A stretch of 64,000 nt of DNA from Octopus vulgaris (lineage: Eukaryota), in the NCBI GenBank assembly GCA_951406725.2, contig OX597832.1, positions 14,880,001 through 14,944,000 on the forward strand, given 5' to 3'. Positions 14,901 to 29,200 of this stretch are shown here, one piece after another (within the stretch, counting starts at the first letter, position 1; every line of letters begins with the position of its first letter). Both the position numbers and the translations under genes were made by a program. Below the pieces are notes generated by a model. That model was not told the origin of the DNA, searched no databases, and saw nothing but the letters and a program-made list of their open reading frames with translations.

Positions 14901-16781
14901 TAGTCTGTGTGCTCCTAGTTGTGTAAGTGTATTTGTGCATGTGTGTGAGTGTGCTTGTGTGTGGAAATGAGTGTGTGTGTGTGTGAATTTATTAGTGTGC
15001 ATATGTGAATGTTTTGGTGTGTGAGTCTTTCTGTATGTTGATATGTTAGATTGTCTTTGCGTGTGCGGGCTTGTACCCTATATAAAGTGCATATACCTTG
15101 CAATAAGGGAAATGAATGTGAATAGAATTTATATTCTCAATGTGTGATATATTCAAATCTAATTGTCTTAATATATCCACGTCTCTTCGAGCGAAAACAC
15201 CTGGTTACTGGTTAAAGTCTCATTCCGGTATTATCAGTAATTTTCTGTTTTTGTAGTTACAAGTTAACAATTAAGGTACGAAAGTTAATTTGTCTACGTA
15301 AATTGAACAAAAGTCCTTCGTCGAAAAGAACACATGCAACTCAGACACACATTTCCCATCGCTAACTTTGGAATAAGTACAATTTTATGAATGTATTTTA
15401 TCATAGATGCATACATTTGTGATGCACGCGAATGGCTGCATTTGGATATTTGTGAAACTATTAAGTGAAACTATTCAATATTCGAATAACTTCTATGATA
15501 TGCCTTTATAAAATTTTGTGAGACTTCTCGATATCTCCGAATGTGAGTGTCTGAAGCACGTAATAGAATTGAAAGAGAGAGATATTCACATGAAAATACA
15601 CAAATGATAATTCCTAAATTATAAAAGAAAAGACAATCTGGAAATAATACTCGCTACACGCCTCGATAATTTAATAATTTTCTTCCAAGTGTAGGATCAA
15701 TAAACGCAAAATCATATCACTGGATTTTGAGTATTAATATGTATTTAAATATAATCTACATAGTATATCGTCAAGAAAATTTTGAAATACAGCAATGGGA
15801 AACAAAAGAGTTTGAATCATATGTTCTCTAGATTTTATTTATGTTCATCTTAGCAGTTGATCCCGTTATACGTAGGAAACGTCGAAAACGTTCTAGAAAA
15901 ATTTTCTTTGAGCATCTTTTGTCTTAGAAAATATCAAATAGTGCATTTGCAACACGTTTGGGTATTATTGAAAGATAACACTTGATAACAGAAAAGAAAC
16001 TTGATACGCACGCAAATCGTAAATATCCAGAAGTAAAATGAAATCTAAACAAATAATCAAAACGAAGTGCAAATATTCCTTTGCGTCCTGTGCATGCACA
16101 AAATATTTAACATCGTTTGCAGACATACGTGAATATTACAGAAAATCAATAAGTGAAGGAGGAATATATATTAATATTTATTTGCTGTTGTGCATGAGCA
16201 ATTATGTGCCCATACGTGACTGTATATTTTTACGGATTTAATTTTTGTGCGAATTTATCCTTATTAAAAACAAAACAAACACTGTCCGTATATCCACTAA
16301 GAGTAATACGTATTTTTTAAGGCGTGTCGGACATGAGAGTTTTTTTTGTATTTTTTTTTTAAATCACCGATTTTCTTAAATACAGCGTGAGGTGATCGAG
16401 CGAGATATGCATGCATTTTGAAGAAAAACATCTCAATGTATATTCTCCAAATATTATTGAACACCAAAAAGAATATCAGCATTAACAACATATCTGCAGT
16501 AGTAAGACAACAACAACATAGTAGCAGTAACGCTCAGACAACAACAATAACAACATGTCTAGTAATCATGGCCACACGTGAAAGCTAGGAAAATTGATGT
16601 CCTATTAAATAACACAAGTTTTCGCAGTACAGCTATACATATTCCCGGCTTCCTTAGAATACCATAGCTGAGCAATCATCATGTTCCTCATTATGTTCTG
16701 TTGCTAACTCCCATTATCATTACTATACAATGCTAGCAACGACAACGTCAAGATGTTCAGCACACAATGCCACGGCAAGAT

Positions 16782-17092
16782 CTTTTATGCGCCCTTTTCA
16801 AGCCTGGCCAGGTTCATGGGGCCCGGTTTCCCGGTTTCTATGGTATATGCGTTCCCCCTAGCTGGACGGGATGCCAGTCCATCGCAGTGTTACTCAAGAA
16901 ACAGGAAAAAAGATTGAGAAAAAGTTGGGGCGAAAGACTACAACAGGGGTCGCCACCATCCCCTGCCGAAACCATGTGGAGCTTTAGGTGTTTTCGCTCA
17001 ATAAACACATACAACGCCGAGCTCGGGAATCGAAACCGCGATACTCCGACTGTCAGTCCACTGCCCTAACCTCTGAGCCATTGCGCCTCCAC
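16782..17092 (-). mobile_element. SINE family A (tRNA-derived head), tail type 2
   Basis: Head ggaggcgcaatggctcagaggttagggcag...ggtttcgattccc. 13-bp TSD with 1 mismatch: gccacggcaagat (16769-16781) and gccccggcaagat (17093-17105). Confidence 0.9.
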
Positions 17093-17212
17093 GCCCCGGC
17101 AAGATACCTACACATAAGTGCGAGCTGGGTTTCAACAAGACATTTATCTATGAATTTATCAGACCTTTTTTCCTTGCACTGCCTTCAGTTTCATTAAATT
17201 TTTCTTTACGTA

Positions 17213-17405
17213 AGGGCTATGTGGTTAGAGCATTCTGCCCACAATGGGAAAGTGATGGGGTGTGTCTTGGAGGAATATATTTCATTTCATATCGCTCCAG
17301 TTCAGTCAGCTGTCAAAAATGAGTAGTAATTGTCTTTCATAGAGCCAATCTCGTCTCACTCTTTGTCACGCTGATTTTCCCTGGGAACCATATTAAAGTT
17401 ACACG
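17213..17405 (+). mobile_element. Degraded SINE (family D-like head and core)
   Basis: gtggttagagc...gctccagttcagtcagctgtcaaaaatgagta...tgtcacgctga resembles the core of 2363-2673 and part of the tail of 19343-19718. Confidence 0.5.
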
Positions 17406-17419
17406 AGTTTTAGCGAGGA

Positions 17420-18140
17420 TAATGCCTCGGCTATTGGCAGAGTAGTCACCTATTGCTACGTAGTGTCTACTCTTTGGAGGAGGTCATCGTTACCTTCTGG
17501 CTCAGACATCCTTACCTGCATGCAGACTTCAAAGTCATGTCACAGCCTGAATCGCAGTGGCCTAAGAGAAAGACTTCCTCTCTACACTAAAGTATTTCCT
17601 TGCTAGTAGCAGTGGAAGTGTCGAAGCTCAACTCAAACATTCGCTGTCACACCTCCTGACTAAGCTGGGCGCAACACGTAGAGCGCATTTGGGGTTCTCA
17701 TTAAAAGTTTCATTTACCTTTTCAGTCCGTCTTATCGCTATCAGGAAGAAGGATGGTGGAGTACGCCCCTTGTTCTGCTCGCGGTCTTCCAGAGGCTTGC
17801 GACCATGGCAGCTGCTAGGCAGAGGCATATATGCGAGAGATATGCCGTCAGTGAACTTCTACGCGATGATGACAATTTTTCGTACTGTGTTTGCAGGACT
17901 GTCATCTAGGAGGCCACTTGCTACGATAATTCCTCTAGCGGCAACCTTGTAGGTGTTCGGTAACCATTCCATGCTCGTAAATGAAAGAAGAAATGTGAAA
18001 TATCTGTGGTTGTACTTATGGCACTAGAAACCTCCAGCTTACGTACATGTTCCTTGCTATGAGTGTAGAGATGGATAGCAGCATGTGCGACCTCCATGAG
18101 CCGGAGTGACTGATCCAGGGCATCTCTCTAATAATAAAAC
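17420..18140 (+). mobile_element. Internally deleted CRE-clade (R2-group) LINE remnant
   Basis: LKYFLASSSGSVEAQLKH, then VRLIAIRKKDGGVRPL, match the CRE RT N-terminal motifs (SAGGPxG; RLIALxKKDGGxRPI). Later RNVKY...MALETS resembles the RLE KY...AxET motif, followed by aataataaaa. Confidence 0.55.
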
Positions 18141-18488
18141 TGGGCAACACTATTTTCTATTTTGCACACTGGTATCATTAGAGGGAGTGACAAATCTTTT
18201 CAGTTATGGATCATGCATCTCATAAAAAAGCATATAGACTTTCAATAATACACACACACACACGACTTATTTATTTAAAACAACCGTATCCTCTATTCTT
18301 CTTCCTGTAACCTCATACCTTAGTTACCAAATATGTTAACAGTCAATTAAAACCACCGATCAGAGACATGTATTATTCCCACAATAGCGTTCAAGTAACT
18401 ATAAACACCCATACATAATTGTTAACAGAATGCAAAATTCTACATACAAGCACACTCATACACACACTCACATGTAGAAATACACACA

Positions 18489-18532
<44 letters not shown>

Positions 18533-18966
18533 TGCACACAGATATACATACAAATGTGCGCGGACATAACCACGTTCTCACACACAAACTCCATAATTAA
18601 ATTTCTCAAATATTTAAAAATATACACACGTAAATCATTCCACGAGAAATGTGCTGGGACAGTATCATACTATCTGATTTGAAGTCTAAGGAAAAGTGAC
18701 AGGAAAATCTTTATGCACCTGACTTTCAATAATATACACCACCAAAAGCAGACACATATCGTTTTTACCTTGCCAGAACCAAAGGAGATTTCTTAAAAAT
18801 CACCATAATTTGGATGGGGTAGATATCTTGAAATATCTAACTACTGGTTATTAAAACACACCAGCATTAGTTATCAAGAGATGTTGGGTGTACAAAGAGA
18901 GACACACAATATGGTTTCTTTGTCCACTCTTTTTGGGCTGTGGTTTATGAAATCCATAACATCTCT

Positions 18967-20930
18967 AGCACACAAAGACCAAACAACTTGCTTGGAACAA
19001 TTCTAAAACCCTAATGTAAACTGGTCCCTAGTTTTATTAGGGATGATACGGATTTCCTAAACCACATTCCAAAAAGAGTGATCAAAAAAACATATTAGTC
19101 AGCTTTGATGTAGTCAGCCTCTACACCAATATACCTCATGACTTAGAACGAGAAGCAGTAATGTTCCGGATATGAACATCCACAATGAATTCAAGAAAGA
19201 TTCTCTAAGCAGTTCATACTTGACGGTCTATAGCTAGTACTATAAAATAACCAGTTATTTTTTGACAAACACTTCTACTTACAAATACACGGGACAGCGA
19301 TATGTACTAGGGTAGCGCCTACAATTGCTAAGCTAGTAATGGATGGAAGCACTCCGTCGGTTACGACGACGAGGGTTCCGGTTGATCCGATCAAAGGAAC
19401 AGCCTGCTCGTGAAATTAACGTGTAAGTGGCTGAGCATTCCACAGACACCTTTAACGTAGTTCTCGGAGATATTAAGCGTCACACAGAGAGTGACAAGGC
19501 CGGCCCTTTGAAATACAGGTACAACAGAAACAGGAAGTAAGATTGAGAGAAAGTTGTGGTGAAAGAGTACAGCAGGGATCACCACCATCCCTGCCGGAGC
19601 CTCGTGGTGCTTCAGATGTTTTCGCTCAATAAACACTCACAACGCCCGGTTTGGGAATCGAAACCGCGATCCTACGACTGCGAGTCCGCTGCCCTAACCA
19701 CTGGGCCATTGCGCCTCCAAACTAGTAATAGGGTATTTGGAAAAGAAATCTACAGCTTTCTTAGATTTCTTTTGGCTGAAATGTCCACTCATGCGTAGTG
19801 GGAAACTGGAAAAGATACTGGGATGACTGCTTCTAGAACAGACGTAAAGAAGACCTTAAACTTTTTTTTGAATAATAAACAGCGTCCATGCATCAATCCA
19901 ATTTACTATGGAAAGGAATTAAAGGAAATCCCCATCCTAGATATCTCAATAATTAAAGAGGATAAGATTATAACAGCTGACCTCTATTACAAAAGCACGG
20001 ACACTCACCAATATTTAGTCTTTAGCTCTGGCTATCCTTCCCATACAAAAACGAACATACCGTTTAAGACGAATTGCCAAACTAGTAATTGGGTATTTGG
20101 AAAAGGATATCTACAGCTTTCTTAGATTTCTTTTGGCCAAAACGAATAAGTACAGTAGTTTCGGAGACAAATAGAAGGGAAAGACGACTTGCACATCTTA
20201 ACTTGCTCCTTAAAATCCAAAGAAATACCTCACCAAACTAATATACCAATCCACAACTGAAACTAAGAATATCCAAATCTCTACACTAAGAAGAAAAAAC
20301 ACACATAGGGAAAATGAGCATACAAATATCCTAATTGTTAACACTCAAAATCCCAAGAACCACAATATTCCACAAACAGCGAAACGCATTCTACCAATTG
20401 TTCAGAAGTCCCCATGTTTCCGACAAATAATCAAGGAACAACAAATAAACAACAGCTGAATGCAAGTACCAAATCTTAAGATACATCTACCCAAAGCAAG
20501 ATTCATATTAGAAGAAGAAAAGATTCAAGTTAATAAATGTAAAGACCCTCCATGAGGAACATGTGATTTAATAGAACAGGAACTAACCCAAAAATTCAAG
20601 AATGGAAAAGTATTAAAGATGAATGTAAATATGAACTGCAAAAGCAAGAAGGTGATATATTGTGTCACATGCCCACGATGCAACGAACATTATATTAGGA
20701 AAACAAAAGCGATATTAATAAAGCGTGCAAATGTACGTAGACATCACATAAAACTTCCCGCACTTAGATGCGTAATACATAGCAGTCATTTGGACACCTG
20801 TGCAATAGGAAAGTTTACAATTTTCACTCTTCATAAAATAAATAAAGAGAACGGCCTTATCCGAAAGGTTAAAAAGAAAACATCTCATAAGATTTCTGAA
20901 TGCTTGAAAATATTAAGAACTAAAAGCGCT
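18967..20930 (+). mobile_element. Penelope-like element (PLE) relic: RT plus GIY-YIG endonuclease, with many stops and frameshifts
   Basis: SFIRDDTDFL, LVSFDVVSLYTNIPHDL, LQIHGTAICTRVAPTIAKLVM, WKRYWDDCF, IPILDI...YYKSTDTHQYLVFSSGYPSHTKTNIPF, and MNCKSKKVIYCVTCPRCNEHYIRKT (GIY-YIG). Confidence 0.92.
19343..19718 (-). mobile_element. SINE family A, tail type 1, full-length, nested in the PLE RT
   Basis: Head ggaggcgcaatggcccagtggttagggcagcggactcgc...ggtttcgattccc. TSD-like flanks aagctagtaatgg (19330-19342) and aaactagtaatag (19719-19731). Confidence 0.93.
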
Positions 20931-21047
20931 CGCACATCTATAAAAGCAAAGCCTACACACATTTTGTGAAATCTCTTCTCAATGGTTAGTGTTCTTCGAC
21001 TTTCTGAAATGTTCTTTTCTCAATCTTAGCTGTTTGAGAAAAAGATC

Positions 21048-21097
<50 letters not shown>

Positions 21098-21162
21098 CAC
21101 ACACACACATATATATGCATACATATATAGGCACACACATACACACACGTACTCACACACAC

Positions 21163-21208
<46 letters not shown>

Positions 21209-22282
21209 TAAATAAATTATTATATATACATGCATATATATATATATATATATACGCACACATATATTTTCATTTAAATTTTTTTATCATCTGTCATTAA
21301 TTAAATGTCCAAAGAAGCCTAAAATATATGACGAATGATACGATCACATTTGCATTTGTAGGTCTTATCTGATAATACGGTGAAAATGCATTGGACTTGG
21401 ATATTGGTTGTGTTCTATATGATGCGGCAAAACATATAATGACTGATTCTCAACAAATAACTGAATTGATCCGTCTATATCATTAAAATACTAGTGAAAT
21501 AAAATATCTTTCGTACTAAAAATGAAGTCTCTCAAGTAACGAAACTTGTCTTCATATATTTAGTATGAATTGACACTACTTTCCACGCAAAAGTGTATCT
21601 TTGAAGTTCTGATTGATTCACCCCCCATCTTATGTATACACATTTTTTTTTACAAACATAAGTTCTCTCCCCTACACACATAACGCTCTATACTGTTTTG
21701 ACTACAGGAATTTGTATTTATAAGATAGAACTTCGTATACCGCCAAATCCATATTCATGACATTTACATTTTTGTGGGATATAATTATGTAACGTTGATG
21801 GCTTTCATTTCCCGTTAGATTTTCTTGAACTTTCAGACGAAAGCATAGTGGGTTCTGTATAACGAGTTCAAACAACGATTGTAACTCATTTGCTTAAATT
21901 GGCAATATAATGTCAATCTAGGAAATTCTCTATGTTGGAAGTTTGAAAATTCTTAGCATATTTTCCAAATATATGACCACTGTGAACTCTAAATCTTCCC
22001 TATAAGAGAGTCCTATTTCGGAGCAACCTCTGTAATATAATGATGTAAAGATTGAGATGATGATCACTTATATTAGAAATATATTCTAACCTCAGGTATC
22101 TCTGAGATCGTTAATGTTTTATTAATTTGATATTCACTTGTGATACACTTGAAATATTTATTTAATATCATATATGACACTATGATGTTTAATACGCCAA
22201 AATATTGTCAAATGAACATTTGACTGATATTGTTTCAAAATCTTGGAATACTGTGAGCAAAGATGGAGGAAGGATAATCACA

Positions 22283-22435
22283 TCCATCCCAGTGTTCAAC
22301 TAGTAGTTATTCTATCAACCACGAATATATGAAGGTAAAAGTCTCCTTCGAATTTGAAATCAGAATGTAACAACAGTCGAAATGCCGCTGAATAGTTTGC
22401 CCAATGTGCTAACGATTCCACCATTTCACCGACTT
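22283..22435 (-). mobile_element. Diverged SINE family B copy
   Basis: cccagtg..caactagta...tgaaggtaaaagtc...gaatttgaaatcagaatgtaa...gtgctaacgattc aligns with 9252-9392. Confidence 0.65.
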
Positions 22436-25400
22436 ATTCAACACTTATATTAGGACATAAAGATAACTATTTTCAATAACGCACTCTACGAAAGAGAAAA
22501 TTCATATCATTTTACATCAAATGGAGGCAGATTATAACATGAAATTGAATTACAATATATGCCCTTTACAAACAAGTTTAGAACTGTCATACTTAAGAAT
22601 ATCAACCGAGAATATAAGAAATTGTTTCCAAATAATATAATCACGCCTTAATTTTTTTTTTTTTGTGGCCATGCTAATTTTAACAACGATATAAAAAGTG
22701 TTTAAGTGCTACATTTCAAGGATGCACTTAGTTTTAAAAATATCTACATTTGCTTATGTTATACGCATGCAAACATGCAGTACCCCAAATAAAATATTTG
22801 TTTTGCAGTCGTATATAAAATCTCATAAAATATGTGTCCTCTTGTGTAGTATATAAATTCATATTTCAAACATTAATTTCATATAAACGTACAATACATT
22901 TAGATTAAATAGTGATGTATCTGTAAAGAATGAACGTTTATTAATTATCTATTAATTCTGATTCTTCAAGGAATAATTACATTGATAACAGAACTCATTT
23001 CTCACAACATTACGTATAAAGCATATGAATTTCTTCTTGTTTACTTCCATTCTCTTTCTTTTTTTTTAGAAAAGCATAAAAGCATGCACGTTTTGAATAT
23101 GACAATCGTCAATGAGATGATCAAATGCTTTTATAACTGCATATTTTATATTTTATTTCAATATTTTATGTTATTTCACGATTTTCGTTGTTCACTAAAA
23201 CGGACGTATAATGATGTGGCTCTACGACAATAGTTATAATTCCTCACATCAGATCTTGGGCAATGAATGCGGGGAAACAGGAAATTAAATGGGTGATCTT
23301 TTCCAGAATTATTCTCGTTATACAGCAACTAACTCATCTCGTGATAACTCCTTATTTCGTTCCATTGACACATTGGAAATAAATTCGATGCACATGAATT
23401 GTGAATTAGTTTTGATTCACTCCGTGTAATTTAAAATTTTTATTGGAATCGCCGAGCATGTCATTGTATCGAAGCTAATTCAAGTCAGACCTAATGCAAA
23501 CAACTTGTGCCAGTGGGATTTCAGCAGCAATCATTTCAAGCTGTATATATTGCGACAACAGAAATTGGTGTCAGCATAATTGAACGTCTTTTGGCAGTTA
23601 ATATAACTACTGTAAAAGGAATGTTTAAATTTTCGTTAAAAATCAAGTTCTAGATTTGAATTTGAATGAGTCGGTCTTTGTAGACAAACACACATACAAA
23701 AACACGGATGCATACACAAGTCATAAAATATATGCACAGATCTCTCGCAAACATCAGAGTGCATAAAACATCTGCAGTAAGTAAAGTTTATATAAGTTTT
23801 TAATTAGATTCATTTGAGAGGATAAGACGCCAGCACCATGTATTTACCACATTGTAGACAAATAAATACCAGGTTAGTCTCCAATGCATTTGTAATGAGA
23901 TATCAATCCTTTAAGGAATGCTTAAATTTTAGTTTAATCTATAATCTAGTAGCTGGCTAAGTTAGTTATAGATAAATCGTTGTAAGTATTGTGTATATAT
24001 CTGCTTGCATGTGAGTATACATAATCATGTGTTACATAGATATACAATGAGGTTATTCACATTTTAAACTTAAAATTTGCATGGAAAATTCGTATTAAAT
24101 TTGATTTAAATGATCAATTTATAGTATTTCCCACATATTATTTCATTGTTTGTGCAACTAAAATTGTCCATATAATAACTAGCAAGCTTTATTCATAGCT
24201 TTGCTTCCATATCTAAAGAATTTCGTGTGTTACGAATATTTGGTTCAATCGATTGTACATTTATAATAGTTCGCATTGCTAACTCAACACATTTATGCCA
24301 GAATCATATATTCTTCCACTTTATTTTATTTCAAAAATTACCAATAGTTACTTAATACACTGCTATTGGCTATAACAATGTCACAATCTATGAAAGGGAC
24401 GGGGACGGGGAATTTAGAATGTTGTATTTGCCGCATCACATCATTTCAATGCACTCTTTTGATATGATGGAGCACAAATATCATGTGACACAAATATAGA
24501 TATTAAAAGGACGTATTCTTGAGATTAAGTAACAATCCCTTCCATTCGCTCAGAAATTTATGTAATACGTGACCTGTGAAATGTGCATTAAGTCATTCCA
24601 CGACGGTTATAGTTATTCCTACGCCCTATACATGCGCTTATGTCAGCATACATTTGGACAACTGGATAATTGCTTACGTAAATGGAGGAAATATCTCTTT
24701 CTCTATGTACAGATGTGAGATGTCAGGTGGACATCCAAAGCGCATATGCTCTATTTTCATTGAATAAATGGCAATGGCAATGTAAATAGAAAACAGGGCA
24801 CCTATAATATGTCAAATGTCTACAGTAATGACAAGGTATCACGAGAAAGATGAATAACTTGTCCCTTGAGATAATAGGTTAAGGATTGCATTTGTTCTGA
24901 CATTTTCAATTTCTCTTTGCAAAATGAAGGAAGAAAAGTAGATTATGTCACACAATACAATTTATCTATAAATATATGGAAGATAGTTAAACCACGTATA
25001 TTCATAAAATAACATTGCATCAAATGAAGTTAAAGATTTGGTAGTGAAAAGCAAACACAAAAACAAGCATGGAAGATATATTTGAATACTGTGTAAAGTC
25101 CTGCTTCGTAAGATATGAAATGAAAATGCTTACACTATATACTGTTGTATTCAATGTTTTTCAAGATATATATATATATATATTGAAAGGCCAGTAGCAT
25201 TCAGATTCAGAAGAATAATCTTAATTACTTAGAAGAATAATCTTAATTTAGCTAAGGGAACAAGGTGGCGCTAACATAGAACCACATGATTTCCGCGATT
25301 CTTGAAATATCACTTAAATGAATGTCACATAACGAATATTCTGAAATGTGGCAAAAGCCATGGAAAATATTTTTCATAAAATTAATGATTTAAAATAATC

Positions 25401-26060
25401 CAAGTTAAATAGAGAACAGCATTAATGAAAAATAGCGTACAATGATTTTGAACTAGACATAATGATGTCTGGTAAACTAAAACTAGCCTGATATGGTAGG
25501 CATCAAAAGATTTGTATCAACATTCGAGTGAATCTGAAATAAGTCTTGAATAACAAAGATAAAGCTATATATAGCTTTTCTAAAGGCAACCTTAGAATAT
25601 TCCATTTAAAGTGAATTCCAACCTAGCGTATTATTTGTATTTGTAATTTTATGTATTTGCTTCTAGGTTAAAAAAAATAATGCTTTAATGTACTCTCGAA
25701 AGTTTAAAAAAGGGTTATGACGTCAGCAATACGTGGCCTTATCTACAAGAATACGGACTCATGCTATAGTAACGAGGCTAAATAACACAGAGTGGAAATC
25801 CTTGGCGAAAATTGATCTTGAAATATAATGTGCATGCGCACTAAGTTTTAATATTGTAGCCCAACCTGCGCTATTTACATCAGTGCTTGGAATGAACGTG
25901 TGTTGCCTGTGATCGTCGCATTGACCATGGAAGTTGAGTTCATCAGCCTCTACAAAACGTGCAGAGAATTACGCATAGTTTCCAATAAGTTTTCTTCATT
26001 CTGGGCGCAATAAAAATAGATATTGTGCATATTTGGTATTAGAAAATTTTTCGTTTGCCC

Positions 26061-26118
<58 letters not shown>

Positions 26119-26265
26119 TATAAATATGTATATATATATTTATATATATATATATGTGTATATATGTATATATATATATGTATGTATAAATATATTTATA
26201 TATACATATATATATATATGTATGTATATATAGGTATGTATATGTATATATATTTATATATATAA

Positions 26266-26299
<34 letters not shown>

Positions 26300-26963
26300 C
26301 TAGACAGAAGGTAAACAGAGAGAAAGTTAGGTAGATAGATAGACTTTTCGAAGAACTAACGTTCATTCATTTCGATTGCACTATGTCAATATTAAATGCC
26401 TTTCATATCAGCACAAAATGTTCTGCATATATTTCTATAATGAAAAATGATATACCTTAATGATATATCTACCTTATTTGATGACGTACATTGACCTATT
26501 AAAAAGAATACAACTAAATCTACGAATAGAATAGTATAGCTGGAAATTTCAATTAAATGAAATTTGTTAGGTTTCGAATTTGGCATTTAATAGAAATTAT
26601 TCTATAGTCCATTCAACTATTAATGAAAGTTAAAACCATTTGAATAAACTTGATAATTACAATACCATTTTAAAACACCCCCGGATTCTTCGAACTGTTA
26701 GTTTTATACATCCACAAGCAATCGAAACATACATACAACCCTACATCACTACGAACTATATGTATGTGCATCGTCTAGTAAAATGTTAATGTATTATCTG
26801 TCTTTGGTCATTCCTTTTTGGAATTTCTAACATTCACTATGTTAATTCTTATATTGATTCTATGACATCGAAATTGCTAGCCTTGTGCTAAAAATGAAAT
26901 CCTCATTTATACTGAGTCAAATAACAGAAACTGAGCAAAATATTGAGGGGTAATTTGTATGTC

Positions 26964-27075
26964 TTTACATTCCGAGTTCAAATTCCACCTAGGTGGACTC
27001 TGCCCTTCATCCTTTGGTTGTCAATAAAATAAGTATCATTTGAGCAATAAGTCGATACACTCTACTTCACCTCTT
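26964..27075 (+). mobile_element. Diverged SINE family B fragment
   Basis: gagttcaaattccacctaggtggactctgcccttcatcctttgg...aaataagta. Confidence 0.7.
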
Positions 27076-28674
27076 GACGAAATTGCTATCCTTGAGACAA
27101 CATCTGAGACAAATACTTATCCTATTTCTTCTATTGAATCACATCCTTCAAAAACGAGTTTATTCGATAATTCAATCTACAAGAATAAGGTTGGTCTATT
27201 GTGTAAATTTACTACGACCAGCGGGATCATACTGCAGAAATCTGGTTAATCAGATCTAACGGTATTTTAAATAACAAATGTCTTACTATGAATCATTCAT
27301 GGTAACAAATATATTATCATGAATCATTCATTAATGTGATCCACTTTAGTTCCGCATATATTGATAACAACATTGCGACTGCATTCAAAAACAGACCCTG
27401 GGAATGAACTGAAAAGTTCAACGTGTTACTATATTGTCTCATTTCGATGGCATCACGCATATAACATTCGTTGTTAAGGAGAGGATTCTCAAATCTTCGA
27501 AATGTTTTCAATTGCGCAGTAGACCTCTGTTGAATATCAAGCATTGTTTTAAGCATCTCATCAATAGGATTTCAACTGCTTCCAGTTAAACGAGTTATTC
27601 TTGTCAGTGACCACGACTAAAATGAATCAGACCTCGATAAAAGGTGATAACTGTGGATACGTCAAATGTAATGCCGTATCACTCATACAATGCGCTTTGC
27701 TCTTGAGTTTAAATCGTAGGAAGTTGACGTAAAGATAATTTTTTAGGTAAGCCTTCGTAAAAAGTATAGTTACGTTAGTTTCGTTATGTCGTGATGGTTC
27801 CCCTCTTATGCAATTGTGAGGTTTTAGAACGTGGACCAGCAAGTCGGACACGTTTCCTTTAGATTTACTACAACAGTCATGTTTATTATTAACCGACCTC
27901 ACTCACATGTATGTTGCATTTTATCTAAGATTCCCTCAAAAAGTAGGATCCCTGTAGCCACACACACATGTATTACCGAAAAGGGCTTTTGCAGAAATCT
28001 TGGGAGTTGCCAGGCAAAAAACAATGATGGAGTCAGGCTTACCAAATGCGAAAGCTATTGAACGAATTTTGCTTTCGCTGAAGCATTCATATTCCGTTTA
28101 TTTTTTTATATTTTCATAGTTTGTGCCCTAACTGGAAGTTCATCGAATCGATACAATTTCAGTCTTGCGAAAAGATGCTGAATCTCGATTCCTCATGCGA
28201 GTCACCAGGAACGCACACATGATAAGGCAAATAGCCTGTTACATACAATAAAAATTTAGAAGCACTTTGAAAACGGGTTAATGCGTTTGCTTTTACTCTC
28301 AAATCAATATATTTGCTCGTGTCTATGAGGTTTTTCGTTTGAATGGTCATTGGATATTTCCATACTGGACGTAAAAATGTATCTGTCAATAAGCTATTAA
28401 GGTGGATCCTGAATACTGAGCTAATTTCAAAGTATACATCATTTACGCTGTAACGTTAACGTACATAGAAATAAATTCTGGTAGATGTAAGCGTGGAAAC
28501 AACGAGATTAAATAAACGAATGGTATGAAATTTCAAAACAACACAGAGGAGTATAATCTGAACATATTGAAACCATATTTTCTTTTATCAGAAACAAAAC
28601 AAATCGCATAAAATCATGACAAGAATTACTCATTGAAAACATATAACTATGGCTAAAGATTTTTGCACCACACC

Positions 28675-28800
28675 AGGAATTTCGGGTGTAGGGTTGTTCG
28701 ATTTCGTCTACCCCAGTGTTTAGCTGCTACTTATTCTTTTGACCCCGAAAAGATAAGTGTGGAATTCAAACTTCTGATCGTTTTCCCTGGCGTGCTACCT
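28675..28800 (-). mobile_element. Diverged SINE family B fragment
   Basis: ccccagtg...tacttatt..ttgaccccgaaaagat...ggaattcaaact...ggcgtgcta. Confidence 0.55.
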
Positions 28801-29054
28801 ATTAATCTATCAACTGATTGCTTTCAAAACATCATGAATAGAAAAAAGTGTTCATTCAAAATTGTAAATATAGAAAAGAGAAATATGGAGAAGAGATAAT
28901 ATAAGTTCCTGTATATAATATATACATAACACCGTGATGACTCGCTCAAATTATTCAACTTCCGGAAACATTGATTATATGAGGGTAATGAAAATAAAAA
29001 CCATGGCACAAATATTAGAACGCTTTACAAAATGCTTAGAGGCACTACCTCAGC

Positions 29055-29200
29055 TTTTCGTTCTGTGTTCAAATTACGCCGATGTCGAATTTGCCATTCA
29101 TTCTTTCGAGGTCGATGAAAAACTGTACCAGATATGTACAAGGATCGACCTAATCAACGTTCACCCTTCCCAGATCTTGATGACCTTCTGCCAAAGTTTG
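29055..29200 (+). mobile_element. Diverged SINE family B fragment (variant tail)
   Basis: gttctgtgttcaaattacgccgatgtcgaatttgccattcattctttcgaggtcgat. Confidence 0.7.

Noticed and set aside
19640-19718. tRNA-like sequences (also 43565-43644, 17015-17092, 46521-46605)
   Set aside because: They have A/B boxes but continue into shared SINE bodies, several with TSDs, so they are SINE heads rather than tRNA genes.
21360-21550. ctgataatacggtgaaa and aatgaag...gaaac motifs downstream of the PLE as possible hammerheads
   Set aside because: The cores are non-canonical and helix II does not pair; not distinguishable from chance.
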